In this document: positions 1 through 8,888 of the stretch, in pieces
Layout: every line of letters starts with the position of its first letter
Position numbering within the stretch: the stretch's first letter is position 1
IMG/VR virus record: IMGVR_UViG_3300036761_003779
Span: 41,879-105,878 of that record
Length of the DNA stretch: 64,000 nucleotides
Strand: one strand, 5' to 3'
Source of the DNA: a virus
Program-made: the position numbers and the translations under genes
The notes under the pieces: generated by a model
The model's database searches: none
The model's input: only the letters and a program-made list of their open reading frames with translations
Told to the model about the DNA's origin: nothing

Positions 1-2410
1 TCCGGGTGCCGAAGCCGGTGAAGAACCCCGAGTTGTGCGCGGCGTTGAGGGCAGCGTGGTTGAAGAACCCGCCGTCGATGGTGTGGAAGCCGTCGTTCCA
101 CTCGTAGAGGGCGTCGAACATGGCGGTGACGCCGTCTCCACCCGAACTCCCCACGCCCGCCTGGTTGGCCGGGATCGTGACCGACAGGTCCAGCGTCGCG
201 GGGTCGTACACCGTGAAACCCAGGGTGGTCCCGCCCTTGCAGAGGATGACCCCAAACCTCCAGATGGTGTACAGGTTCCCCAGGACGCAGGCGGACATCA
301 CCACGTCGTTCTTCCCTCCGCGCCCGCACACGTTGAAGGGCGCGAACCCCGTGAACGTGATCCGCTGGAAAAGAACGGTCCCATCCCCCTCCAGGGCGAC
401 CAAGTTGCCGAGGTGGTAGCTGAAGTCGTAGGGAGCGGGTGCCGTGAGGGCGATCTCGGTCGCAGGCTGGACGATGCGGAACGTGGCCCCGGGACCGGGG
501 TCGACCGAGAAGAGTACAGTCGGGATGACGGTCGTGGCGATGTTGGCCCGGACGGTGCGGAGGTCCCCGAGCGCCGGACCGCTGGTGATCTCCACCATCA
601 GACCCGTGAACTGGTCCACGGGGAATGTCAAGGTGGAGAGGCCGATCGACGTCAGGCTGTTGATGTCGGAGACCCAGGGGGAGCCGGCGTTGTCGGCAAC
701 CACGGTCAGGCCCGCGCCGCCGTCGACGAGGATGTGGGCGGTGTCGGCAACGTCCCGCTCGAGGGTGTCGTTCCAGGCCCAGTCGAAGCCGGGACCCTCC
801 AGGTTGACGTGGACGTTGTGCCGGACGTAGTGGGGGATCTTGGCGTAGACCCCCGCCCTCGTCTGCACCGCCGTGGCCGGCGTCAGCCCGTCGTTGGCGT
901 CGTCCCCCGTGACGCTGTTGGCGTAGAGTACCATGTCGGCGACGGTTGCGCTGTGGAACCCGGGGTCATTCTTCGTGACGTAAGGGTTGGTCGCGGCGGG
1001 GGTTCCATAGCTTCCAGCGAGAGCCGCCTTCTCCCCAGCGGAGGGATCGTTGGGGGTTCCCGTGAACGTCATCGAGCCGGTGCCAGCCACGTACCCCTCG
1101 ACGTGGCTGTTGCGGAGCGTGACGACGCCGTTGTTCGTGTGGGTTCCTCTCACGAAGCTGTCGTAGGCAAGGAGGGTGAGCCCGGCCGGAACCGTCACCG
1201 CGCCGGCCGCGCCCCACCGGCACGCCTGCGGGGCCACGGTGTAGAGGGAGGTCCCGCCGATGGCGTACGAGACCGCTCCGCTCTGGAACACGCCGTTGGC
1301 GAGCAGCGTGCCGTCCTTGCCGGTCGACGGGATGGGCAGGGTGTCGTTCATCGTGAGGCTGAGCGCGCCCTGGAGCTGCCCGCCCGCGATGTAGGACCAG
1401 GCCACGTTCACGAAGGCGATGGCGCACTCGCTGTACGGGGTGTCCATCGAGAAGTTGTTCACGCAGGTCACGGCCAGCGTGCCGGTCCCCGTGAACTTGC
1501 AGTGGTCCCAGAACACGTCGTTGAACGCGCTCGCGGGTCCGGCTGGGCCGGTGATGACCACTGGCTTGCTGAAGATGAGCCCGCTCACCAGCAGAGCCTT
1601 GAGGTTGCTGTTCAGCGCGGCGGACTGGAGCGCGTTACCGGCGACCGGGTTGATGGACACGTAGCCGTCGGCCTGGAGCTTGAGGTACTGGAGACCGAGG
1701 TGCTCGAGGAGCAGGTTCTCCACGTAGATGCCGGAGGCGATCTCGATGACGTGGTAGGCCGCCGAGCCCAGCGCGGCGACCGCGTTGATCGCCGCCTGGA
1801 TGGTCTTGTACGGTCGCTCGGCGGACCCGTCGGCGGTGTAGACGTCCGCCCGGCTGCCGTCAACGTGGTGCTTGAACTGCTCCGGGAAGATCGTGTCCAG
1901 CTTGGTCCGGTACTCGTTCCCGGTGGCCGGCGTGCCGTAGGTTCCGGCCAACGCTGCTTTCTCCCCCGCGGTTGGGATCGTCGAAATTGCGTCCGCGCCC
2001 CCGTCCTCATGGTCGCTCCCGTGGGTGTCCGGGATCTGCGGGTCCGCCGCCTGCCCGGAGAGCCCCGCGATCGAGATCTCGTCCGCGCCTCCGTCCTCGT
2101 GCGTCGAGGCGTGGAGACCGGGCGCCGGGCCGGAGACGGTCAGGCCCGGCGTGCTGTACTCCGGTTGACCGTCCCACTCGTAGTCGACGCTGGCGGCCTG
2201 CGCCTGGAGCGCCGTGAAGTCCCCGGCCTCGAGCCCCCCGCTGACGCCGTTGATCGGGTCAACGGTCAGACTTGGGCGAAGCTCCGAGGTGACGTTGACC
2301 GCCTGCCCGCGCGCCGGTGGCGCCGCTGAGGCGGGTATCTTCGGTGCGGATGGTTTCCCGCGCGCCAGTGTCACCCGTGAGCCGGTCTTGTTGAAAGCGT
2401 ACAGTGCCAT
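1..2410 (-). CDS. Tailspike/tail-fibre protein with DUF1565/pectin-lyase-like beta-helix regions; 3' end lies outside the window; not in ORF track
   Basis: Open minus frame from ATG at 2410 (MALYAFNKTG...) to the window edge, with GC3-biased codons. Contains HVDGSRAD..DGSAERPYKTIQAAINA and LYANSVTGDDANDGLTPATAVQT (beta-helix N-cap motifs) and internal repeats AGEKAALAG(T/S)YGTP and HEDGGAD. Confidence 0.75.
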   Translation of the reverse strand, partial: MALYAFNKTGSRVTLARGKPSAPKIPASAAPPARGQAVNVTSELRPSLTVDPINGVSGGLEAGDFTALQAQAASVDYEWDGQPEYSTPGLTVSGPAPGLHASTHEDGGADEISIAGLSGQAADPQIPDTHGSDHEDGGADAISTIPTAGEKAALAGTYGTPATGNEYRTKLDTIFPEQFKHHVDGSRADVYTADGSAERPYKTIQAAINAVAALGSAAYHVIEIASGIYVENLLLEHLGLQYLKLQADGYVSINPVAGNALQSAALNSNLKALLVSGLIFSKPVVITGPAGPASAFNDVFWDHCKFTGTGTLAVTCVNNFSMDTPYSECAIAFVNVAWSYIAGGQLQGALSLTMNDTLPIPSTGKDGTLLANGVFQSGAVSYAIGGTSLYTVAPQACRWGAAGAVTVPAGLTLLAYDSFVRGTHTNNGVVTLRNSHVEGYVAGTGSMTFTGTPNDPSAGEKAALAGSYGTPAATNPYVTKNDPGFHSATVADMVLYANSVTGDDANDGLTPATAVQTRAGVYAKIPHYVRHNVHVNLEGPGFDWAWNDTLERDVADTAHILVDGGAGLTVVADNAGSPWVSDINSLTSIGLSTLTFPVDQFTGLMVEITSGPALGDLRTVRANIATTVIPTVLFSVDPGPGATFRIVQPATEIALTAPAPYDFSYHLGNLVALEGDGTVLFQRITFTGFAPFNVCGRGGKNDVVMSACVLGNLYTIWRFGVILCKGGTTLGFTVYDPATLDLSVTIPANQAGVGSSGGDGVTAMFDALYEWNDGFHTIDGGFFNHAALNAAHNSGFFTGFGTR

Positions 2411-2456
2411 TCTCAGCCTCTCTTTTCTTACGTGCTAGGGGCACGTTTTGCGCTGT

Positions 2457-2714
2457 CTAGGTGAGGTTCCCCATCGCGTCCCGCCAGTCGGTCCCGTCGG
2501 ACCAGTTGGGAGCGCGGTCGTCCACGTTCCAGATCGAGGAGCCCGGCGGAACCTTGCTCGCGTCCGGTCGCGTTGCGTTGCTGTACACCCGGGCGTTCAG
2601 CTCGTTGAGGAGGCGCGGGAGGGTAAGCCCGATCGGTCGCGAATTTCCGCCCTCCGTGATGCCCTCCCCGCCGGCGAAATGGTTGTCCCTGAGTGGAAAG
2701 TTGAACTCTGGCAT
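2457..2714 (-). CDS. Small hypothetical virion-associated protein
   Basis: 85 aa ORF with GGAGAG SD; ends PGSSIWNVDDRAPNWSDGTDWRDAMG, resembling short fibre-associated modules. Confidence 0.6.
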   Translation of the reverse strand: MPEFNFPLRDNHFAGGEGITEGGNSRPIGLTLPRLLNELNARVYSNATRPDASKVPPGSSIWNVDDRAPNWSDGTDWRDAMGNLT

Positions 2715-2752
2715 GAGGATTCTCTCCGTTTCTAGTGAACCTTGATGTCACA

Positions 2753-2780
2753 AGTATAGCCACACCCCCGGAACCGCCAT
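2753..2780 (-). promoter_or_regulatory. Putative -10 promoter element (TATACT) upstream of the 2714/2410 genes
   Basis: TATACT at 2753-2758 on the minus strand in an AT-richer intergenic gap; no clear -35. Confidence 0.35.
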
Positions 2781-2796
2781 GCTCGTAAATGTATCC

Positions 2797-3297
2797 CTAG
2801 CGGACCGCGGCCGCCGTCCCAGCGCAGATCCCGCCGCCAAGGAGGAGGCCCAGGCCCATCGTTAGGTAGCCGGACTTGTACCAGGGTTCGGAGACAGAGA
2901 GCCGCTCCAGGGACCGCTCGTAGAGCGCGGAGCGCCGGAGGAGGTCCCCCTCCAGGGCGGTCCGCTTCTCCCGCTCCGCGGTAAGCGCCGCGTCCGCCGT
3001 CTTCACCGTGGCCGCCGCACGCGCCGCCGCCTCCCGCTTGGCCGCCTCCAGCTCGAGGGCCAGTCGCGCGGCCCGGGCGTCCAGTTCCGCGAGCGTCCTG
3101 GCCAGCGCCGCCGGCGTCAGGAGGATGCCGGCAAACGGCGCCTTCTCCCCGGCCGCTACCATGGCCCGGCGGAGGTCCTCAGCCGCGGGGGGTGGGGTCG
3201 CCCCGCCCGAGGGCTCCGCCCAGGATCTCGTCCAGCCGGCGGAGCAGAGCGTCAGGATCGCCAGCCATGTCACGGTACTTCTGAGCATTGTCCGCAT
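2797..3297 (-). CDS. Spanin-like protein (N-terminal signal, coiled coil, C-terminal TM)
   Basis: GGAGG SD before ATG 3297; hydrophobic N-terminus WLAILTLCSAG; Ala/Glu coiled coil; C-terminal GYLTMGLGLLLGGGICAG; overlaps the upstream gene by ~119 bp. Confidence 0.5.
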   Translation of the reverse strand: MRTMLRSTVTWLAILTLCSAGWTRSWAEPSGGATPPPAAEDLRRAMVAAGEKAPFAGILLTPAALARTLAELDARAARLALELEAAKREAAARAAATVKTADAALTAEREKRTALEGDLLRRSALYERSLERLSVSEPWYKSGYLTMGLGLLLGGGICAGTAAAVR

Positions 3298-3553
3298 CGA
3301 GCGCCTCCAGTCTCGTCTTCTTCCACTCCGCGATGTCACGGATCTCCGCCTCCAGCTCCCGGGCAACCCGCTCCGTCGCCTCCCGCCCCCGCTTCTCCGC
3401 GGCCGCCTCCGCCTCCAGGCGGGTCCGCTCGGAGTCGATCAGGCCGGCGCGGTCCACCGCCGGCGCCGCCTTCTTCCGGAGGAGAAGCCAAAGGCCGAGG
3501 AGCACCAGGCCCACGGCCCCGCCGCCCAGGAGCATCCAGCCCCACCAGGGCAT
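3179..3553 (-). CDS. i-spanin (Rz)-like protein
   Basis: MPWWGWMLLGGGAVGLVLLGLWLLLRKK N-terminal TM followed by a charged coiled coil; directly after the holin. Confidence 0.55.
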   Translation of the reverse strand: MPWWGWMLLGGGAVGLVLLGLWLLLRKKAAPAVDRAGLIDSERTRLEAEAAAEKRGREATERVARELEAEIRDIAEWKKTRLEALDADNAQKYRDMAGDPDALLRRLDEILGGALGRGDPTPRG

Positions 3554-3554
3554 C

Positions 3555-4256
3555 TCAGCCCTCCTTCTTGGCCGGCGCGGCCGCCGGCTGGGTGGCCGGG
3601 AACATCGCCACCTTTTCCGCGATGTCACGGATCTCCGCCTCCCGCCCCCGCTTCTCCGCGGCCGCCTCCGCCGCCGGCGTCGCCTTCGGGACCGCCGGCG
3701 CGGCGACCGCCATCGCGGACTCCGCCTCCGGGATCTTGGCCAGGATGAGGGCGCGGAGCTTCTCCTTGGCCTTCTCGGACCCCATCAGCTTGGCGTCCAC
3801 GCTCCGGATCAGGTCGAAGGCCCACTCCTCCTTCTGCGCGCCCGTGCTCTTAGGCTTCCCCTCCCCGAGGGCGGTCGACGCCTTCTTCTCCGCGTACAGC
3901 GCCGCCTTCCCGGCCAGGCTGTCTAGAGTCGCCAGGTCCACCTTGATCCCCAGCTTCCGCAGGAGCAGGAACCCGAGCGCGGAGATGACCGGGACGAAGA
4001 TGGCGAGCGCCGCGATCAGGAGGTCCACGAGGAGGGACTGCCACCAGCTCTGCTCCCCGGCCGCCTTGGGCGCCTCCGCCGCCGGCGTCGCCTTCGGGAC
4101 CGCCGGCGCGGCCGCCGGCTGGGTGGCCGGGATCATCGCCACCTTTCCCTCGACCTTCAGTACCGCCGCCGGCTTGGCATCCGGCGCCGCGTTGGCCGCC
4201 GGCGCCGCGGCGATAAGGAGGGACAGAATGGTCAGGACTACCAGCTTGCGTCTCAT
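3555..4256 (-). CDS. LL-H family holin-like protein with N-terminal signal/Pro-Ala extension
   Basis: AAGGAG SD; TM LLVDLLIAALAIFVPVISALGFLLL followed by LAGKAALYAEK...GAQKEEWAFDLI, the LL-H holin pattern. Confidence 0.6.
   Translation of the reverse strand: MRRKLVVLTILSLLIAAAPAANAAPDAKPAAVLKVEGKVAMIPATQPAAAPAVPKATPAAEAPKAAGEQSWWQSLLVDLLIAALAIFVPVISALGFLLLRKLGIKVDLATLDSLAGKAALYAEKKASTALGEGKPKSTGAQKEEWAFDLIRSVDAKLMGSEKAKEKLRALILAKIPEAESAMAVAAPAVPKATPAAEAAAEKRGREAEIRDIAEKVAMFPATQPAAAPAKKEG
3571..3704. repeat. Mosaic of four short duplicated segments
   Basis: 3571-3615 matches 4102-4146 (1 mismatch); 3616-3642 = 3327-3353; 3636-3672 = 3377-3413; 3664-3704 = 4072-4112. Confidence 0.85.
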
Positions 4257-4279
4257 GCGAGTTCTCCTTGTCTGGGGGT

Positions 4280-4513
4280 TCATGTCGACTCCCCGTAGGG
4301 CGGGTTGGGGGAGAGGTCTGCCTCGGCAAACGCCGTCCGGTCCTCCACCAGCCCGCGCCGGTTCTCCGCGTCCTTGACGTACTCGACCGTGACCCCGCGC
4401 CGGCACTGCGCGACGATGGTCACTGCATGGCCCGTCAAGAGCGGGTCGTCTCCGAGGACTGGGGGGTCCCCGGTCCAGCGCTTCACGTTCACGTCCTTGC
4501 TCAGTGCGGCCAT
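4280..4513 (-). CDS. Hypothetical protein
   Basis: GAGGAGG SD before MAALSKDV; tight operon packing. Confidence 0.6.
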   Translation of the reverse strand: MAALSKDVNVKRWTGDPPVLGDDPLLTGHAVTIVAQCRRGVTVEYVKDAENRRGLVEDRTAFAEADLSPNPPYGEST

Positions 4514-4527
4514 ATGGCCACCTCCTC

Positions 4528-4815
4528 TCAGGTCACGTCGCCGTTGAAGGCGGTCCACTCCCAGAGCTTCACCCCGCCGCTCCAGCCCGACACGGGCGCG
4601 TAGATGGAGATCGGCGGGTCCCAGGTCAGGTGTTTCCCCGCCTTCTTGAAATGAGCCGGGTGCGCCGGAACGCCCTTCAGCCGGACCTCGTAGTCGTCCG
4701 GGAGGTCGTCCTTCACCGTGTGTTTGACCACCGTCCCGCGCTGCCCATGTCTCGTGGACTTCCCCGGCCCCGCCTCGAGGACCCGGGCGTCCAGCGCCTT
4801 CTCCGGCCTTGCCAT
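4528..4815 (-). CDS. Hypothetical protein
   Basis: AAGGAG SD before MARPEKAL; operon packing. Confidence 0.6.
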   Translation of the reverse strand: MARPEKALDARVLEAGPGKSTRHGQRGTVVKHTVKDDLPDDYEVRLKGVPAHPAHFKKAGKHLTWDPPISIYAPVSGWSGGVKLWEWTAFNGDVT

Positions 4816-4819
4816 CTGT

Positions 4820-7333
4820 CTACTCCTTCGGCCCGGCAACGATGATCTCGTCCCAGACCTCCATGTGGTCTACCTCGAAGCGGCGGACGTTCGTCCCCAG
4901 GACGCCGACCTGGCTCACGTGGAGGAAGGGCTGAACCCGCTTGTCCAGCCAGTCGGAGGCGCCCAGGCCGGCGAGACGGATATTCAGGGCGCTCACGGAG
5001 GACATCCCGGTCATCCAGTAGCTGATCGAGTTGACGGAGGTGTCCACCTCGAAGTAGAACTCCAGCCAGCCGGAGTCGTTGTTCGTGTTCCCGGAGGAGT
5101 CGAAGGTGGCCGCCGGTGCGCTGTTGTCGACCGGCCCGCCGGTTGAGCAGCGGGAGAACAGCTCCCAGTTCGCGCCGACGTTAGCGGTGTCATAGACCCG
5201 GAACTGGATGCACTCCGTTGTGGTCAGGCTGTTGAAGATCCCGAGCCCGTACCAGACGCACTGGTTGACCTGAATGGGGCGCGCCCGGGCGTAGAAGCGG
5301 AGCCGGCGGTAAACCGCCCCGGAGGTCCGGAGGATCCAGCAAGCCGGCCCCTCCCAGGAGAGCCCGTCCCCGGAGGCAATCCCCGCCGTGTCGATGTGGA
5401 GGATGTCCCCCTGACCCTGCATCCCGGTGCCAAAGATGTTCGTGTCGTTGAAGGAGGACGTCCCGCCGTTCCCCCAGGTTCGCGCCCACCACCGCTCGCT
5501 CCCCGGGAGCCCGATGGCCGACTCCGCGTAGTCGAAGCGGTCGACGAAGCGGTGGACGTCCGCCATCCGGCCGAAGGGCGTCCAGCGCATGATCTCCGTC
5601 CCGCGCTCGTCGAAGAGCCCAACCTGCCGGGTGGAGGGCTTCCCGAAGATGGGACCACTCGTCTGCTGCATTGGCTTGACGTTGAGCGCGTACTTGTCCG
5701 CCGCGCCCGACCCCTGAACCAGGGTCCGGAGGTCCAGGCCGCACTTCGTGTGAACCCCGGACTCCGCACCCACCGTCCCGATCCACTGCCCCAGTTGGAG
5801 GCGGCCACCCGGGCTCCCGTAGGCGGGCGCGTCGAAGTCGAGGCTCAGGAGGTCCCGCTGGTCCATCATCCCGGTCGTTGAGCTGATCCGGTTGTTCTTG
5901 GCGTTGACTAGCTTCCCGTAGCCGCGGCTCGGGGCAAGTGTGAGCATCGGCGTGCTGCTCCCGTTCCCGTCGATCCCGGGGAGGAGGAGCCCGAGCCAGT
6001 GGAGGATCGTCGAGGGTGCCGCGGAGGGCAGACCGTTGGAGAAGACCATGCGCGGCTGCATCACGGAAGCGACCTGACCGGTGAGTGCCGGCCAGGCCGG
6101 GGTGACTCCCGTCTGGAAGTCCCGGCATGCGACGGTGTTCGCCCCGACGCTGACGAAGGCGTACACGCCCGCGTAGGCGCCCGTCTTGAGCCAAATGAAC
6201 TGAACGTCCTTGTCCAGGTACCAGGCCAACGGGTTGGCGGAGGCGAAGGTGATCGTGTCCCCGGAGATGCTGCAGTTCTCGTTCCGGATCCCCCCGAACT
6301 CCTGGCAGAGCAGGAGCGGGACGGAGGAGACGTCCCCCATGAGGACCTCCAGGCTGAGCTGGAAGTAGTCGGTGCTGGCGAGCCGGCTGAGTCGGAGCTG
6401 CGCATTGTGGAGGTCGTCCGGTCCGGCGGAATCCGTGTTCATCTCCACCGCGCCGGCGTCCACCTCGATGGCGCGTCCGGAGCCCGCGGAGCCCGTACCG
6501 TCGTAGGCCAGGTCGAGGGTCGGCGGCATGAGGCCTGCCGTCACGTCGATCTGCCCCGCCGTGCTGAAGGCCACCGGCGTCCCGCCGGCACCCACGCCCG
6601 TCACCGAGCCGAGGTAGACGTAGGGATCCGTCACGCTCAGGTCCGTGTTCCTCCGGACCGTCACCCCGGTGGCCGCCGCCGTATAGTCGGTGGCCAGGAC
6701 GGAGGCGGAGCCGCTCCCCTGCCCGAGGAGCCCGGTCGTCACGACCACGTTTTGTCCGCCGGTCCACTGCACCGGGAGGTCCCGCTCGATGGCAACGTCC
6801 TCCTCCACGGTCTTCGGGGAGTTCAGCCACACCGTGACCTTCCGGCCGGCGTGGGAGACCCCGGACTCGAAGAGGGCGTCCACCACGAAGCGGAGCGTCC
6901 CGGCCACCTCCGTTACGCTGTTCGGGTTCCCGGAGAGCCCGATCCGGTCCTCCAGCATGTCGTAGTCGAGGAGCCCGGTCCGCGGGTTCCGGTCGATCCC
7001 CGTCGGGGTGAGGCAATGCCGCACGGCCGCGTAGTAGGTGACCCCCACCGTGTTCTGGAACTGGATCCCCGTCGCGTCCCCGGACGCGAGGGTGAGGATC
7101 AGGACGTGCCCCTCCCCGTCGAGGCACTCGACCGGGAGCGCGTCCACCTTGAACTTGTCCGCCCCGTCCGCGGAGAGGGTGGCGGTCCCGAAGACCCCGC
7201 GGCGGCCGCCAACCACCCGGTGGAGGGTCTCGTACAGCTCCTCTGCCAGGTAGTCAAAGAAGGTGTCCTTGAACCGCGTCTGCGGGAGGTGCCGCTTGTC
7301 CGCGAAGTTTGTCCTGAGGTTCCCGGTTGGCAT
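4820..7333 (-). CDS. Tail fibre / receptor-binding protein
   Basis: 837 aa, G/T/V-rich beta composition; TLDLAYDG..GSGRAI fibre motif; lectin-like C-terminus; follows baseplate genes. Confidence 0.7.
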   Translation of the reverse strand: MPTGNLRTNFADKRHLPQTRFKDTFFDYLAEELYETLHRVVGGRRGVFGTATLSADGADKFKVDALPVECLDGEGHVLILTLASGDATGIQFQNTVGVTYYAAVRHCLTPTGIDRNPRTGLLDYDMLEDRIGLSGNPNSVTEVAGTLRFVVDALFESGVSHAGRKVTVWLNSPKTVEEDVAIERDLPVQWTGGQNVVVTTGLLGQGSGSASVLATDYTAAATGVTVRRNTDLSVTDPYVYLGSVTGVGAGGTPVAFSTAGQIDVTAGLMPPTLDLAYDGTGSAGSGRAIEVDAGAVEMNTDSAGPDDLHNAQLRLSRLASTDYFQLSLEVLMGDVSSVPLLLCQEFGGIRNENCSISGDTITFASANPLAWYLDKDVQFIWLKTGAYAGVYAFVSVGANTVACRDFQTGVTPAWPALTGQVASVMQPRMVFSNGLPSAAPSTILHWLGLLLPGIDGNGSSTPMLTLAPSRGYGKLVNAKNNRISSTTGMMDQRDLLSLDFDAPAYGSPGGRLQLGQWIGTVGAESGVHTKCGLDLRTLVQGSGAADKYALNVKPMQQTSGPIFGKPSTRQVGLFDERGTEIMRWTPFGRMADVHRFVDRFDYAESAIGLPGSERWWARTWGNGGTSSFNDTNIFGTGMQGQGDILHIDTAGIASGDGLSWEGPACWILRTSGAVYRRLRFYARARPIQVNQCVWYGLGIFNSLTTTECIQFRVYDTANVGANWELFSRCSTGGPVDNSAPAATFDSSGNTNNDSGWLEFYFEVDTSVNSISYWMTGMSSVSALNIRLAGLGASDWLDKRVQPFLHVSQVGVLGTNVRRFEVDHMEVWDEIIVAGPKE

Positions 7334-7342
7334 GTCTTCTCC

Positions 7343-8878
7343 TTATGACGGCCCGCCGCCCGTCCCGTAGATCCCGATGGACATCTCCGGGCCGATCCGG
7401 ACGGACTCGAGTGGGTGCCGGAACATCTCCACGTAGGTAGCCGTGAGACGCTGGGACGTCCCGGCGGCCAGCTCCAGGCACCCGGAGACCAGAGCGGAGT
7501 CCGTGACCTCCCCCAGGTGCTTCCCGTCCAGCTCCGCCTGGATGAGGTTCCCGCCACCGCTGACCGGGGTCACGTCCACGGCAAAGGTGTAGTTCAGGTC
7601 GAAGTGGAAGACCGGGAGCGGGACCGTCAGGAGGGAGGTCCGCGCGCCGGCCAGGACCCGATCGACCGTCACGGTGGCGCCGACCCCGCCCGTGGCGGTG
7701 AGGCGCAGCGCGTAGAAGTTGGAGGCGTCCTGGTGGTAAAAGCGGAACTCCCCCCAGCGCCCGACCACGTTCATCCCCAGCCGGAACCGCGCCAGGGCGT
7801 AGTAGTTGACCCAGGTCCCGGAGTTGTCCCGATCCACCCGGATCACGGAGTCCTCGACGCCGCTCAGGAGCTGGACCTCCCCCGCGTCCTGGTCCGAGGT
7901 CGCCTCCCCGGAGACAACGGTCCAGTCGAAGGTCCGCCGGAAGGAGTCCAGGAAGGTCACGTATCGGATGAAGATCCGCTCATTGGCCGAGCGGAGGACC
8001 CGGGTCAGGTTCTCGACCAGCTCCCGGTTCAGGTCCCCGTTGTCCGGGACCCGGAGGTCCGAGCAGTACTCGTCCGGGTCCACGCCCACCCGGTAGCTGT
8101 TCTCGAAGAGGGGCTCGCCCCCGGGCGCCAGGCCCAGTGCGACGGAGGGCGTGCTGACCTTGTTCTCCAGGGTCAGCGGATCCCAGTAGGAGGTGAGCGT
8201 GGCCACCACCCCCCGGGTCGTCAGACAGGTGACGCGGACCCGATGTGGGACCGCTTCCCCGCTCCCCAGGAGCCCGTTCACGCTGAAGTGGATTAGCCCG
8301 GGTCCGACCACCGTGACCTCGTCCGGCGGGATGGAGACCTCCATCCCCGGCGCGTCGATGAGCCACGGGTCCACGTCCGGGATCTCCTCGAAGCCCAGCT
8401 CCGCGGAGTCGACCAGGACCCTGAAGAGGAAGTAGTTGACGATCCGGACCTCCCCCACCATGACCGCCTCGAGGACCTCCTGGAGGCCCGCCTCCGTCCC
8501 CTTCCGCTTCCAGGTCCGGACGGCCATTGCGACGAGCCGCCGCAGCTCCGCCTCCGTGAGGTTCCCGGTGAGGTAGTCCAGGGTGGAGGTCAGGCCGACG
8601 AGCCACTTGACGTGCTTCAGCGCCGCCAGGGTGGTGTGCTCCACGTCGTAGAGGAGACGGAGGGTCTGAACCCGCTCGTACGTGTCCTCGAACTCGCTCT
8701 GCGCCGCCGCCAGCCAGCGGAGGATCAGCTCCCCTCCCTCCGCCTTGTCCGAGTCCCGGAGGGACTGGATGAGCATCATGTAGATGTCGTGCGGGAACGC
8801 CTCCGCCTCCATCGTCCGGTAGGCGATAAAGGAGATCGCGGAGGGGTCGATGGGATTGTTGACAAGGTCGGAGATCAT
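7343..8878 (-). CDS. Baseplate wedge protein (P2 gpI/Afp12-like N-terminus) with lectin-like C-terminal domain
   Basis: LRRLVAMAVRTWKRKGTEAGLQEVLEAV is typical of the gpI-like family; C-terminal FYHQDASNFYALRL beta-sandwich. Confidence 0.7.
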   Translation of the reverse strand: MISDLVNNPIDPSAISFIAYRTMEAEAFPHDIYMMLIQSLRDSDKAEGGELILRWLAAAQSEFEDTYERVQTLRLLYDVEHTTLAALKHVKWLVGLTSTLDYLTGNLTEAELRRLVAMAVRTWKRKGTEAGLQEVLEAVMVGEVRIVNYFLFRVLVDSAELGFEEIPDVDPWLIDAPGMEVSIPPDEVTVVGPGLIHFSVNGLLGSGEAVPHRVRVTCLTTRGVVATLTSYWDPLTLENKVSTPSVALGLAPGGEPLFENSYRVGVDPDEYCSDLRVPDNGDLNRELVENLTRVLRSANERIFIRYVTFLDSFRRTFDWTVVSGEATSDQDAGEVQLLSGVEDSVIRVDRDNSGTWVNYYALARFRLGMNVVGRWGEFRFYHQDASNFYALRLTATGGVGATVTVDRVLAGARTSLLTVPLPVFHFDLNYTFAVDVTPVSGGGNLIQAELDGKHLGEVTDSALVSGCLELAAGTSQRLTATYVEMFRHPLESVRIGPEMSIGIYGTGGGPS

Positions 8879-8888
8879 GCGTCCCTCC

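Noticed and set aside
35-2329. 764-aa plus-strand ORF and similar long antisense ORFs (10301..12790, 22616..25198, 43231..46230, 46035..49178)
   Set aside because: These mirror real minus-strand genes in very GC-rich DNA; R/G/V/P-rich translations with no recognisable motifs.
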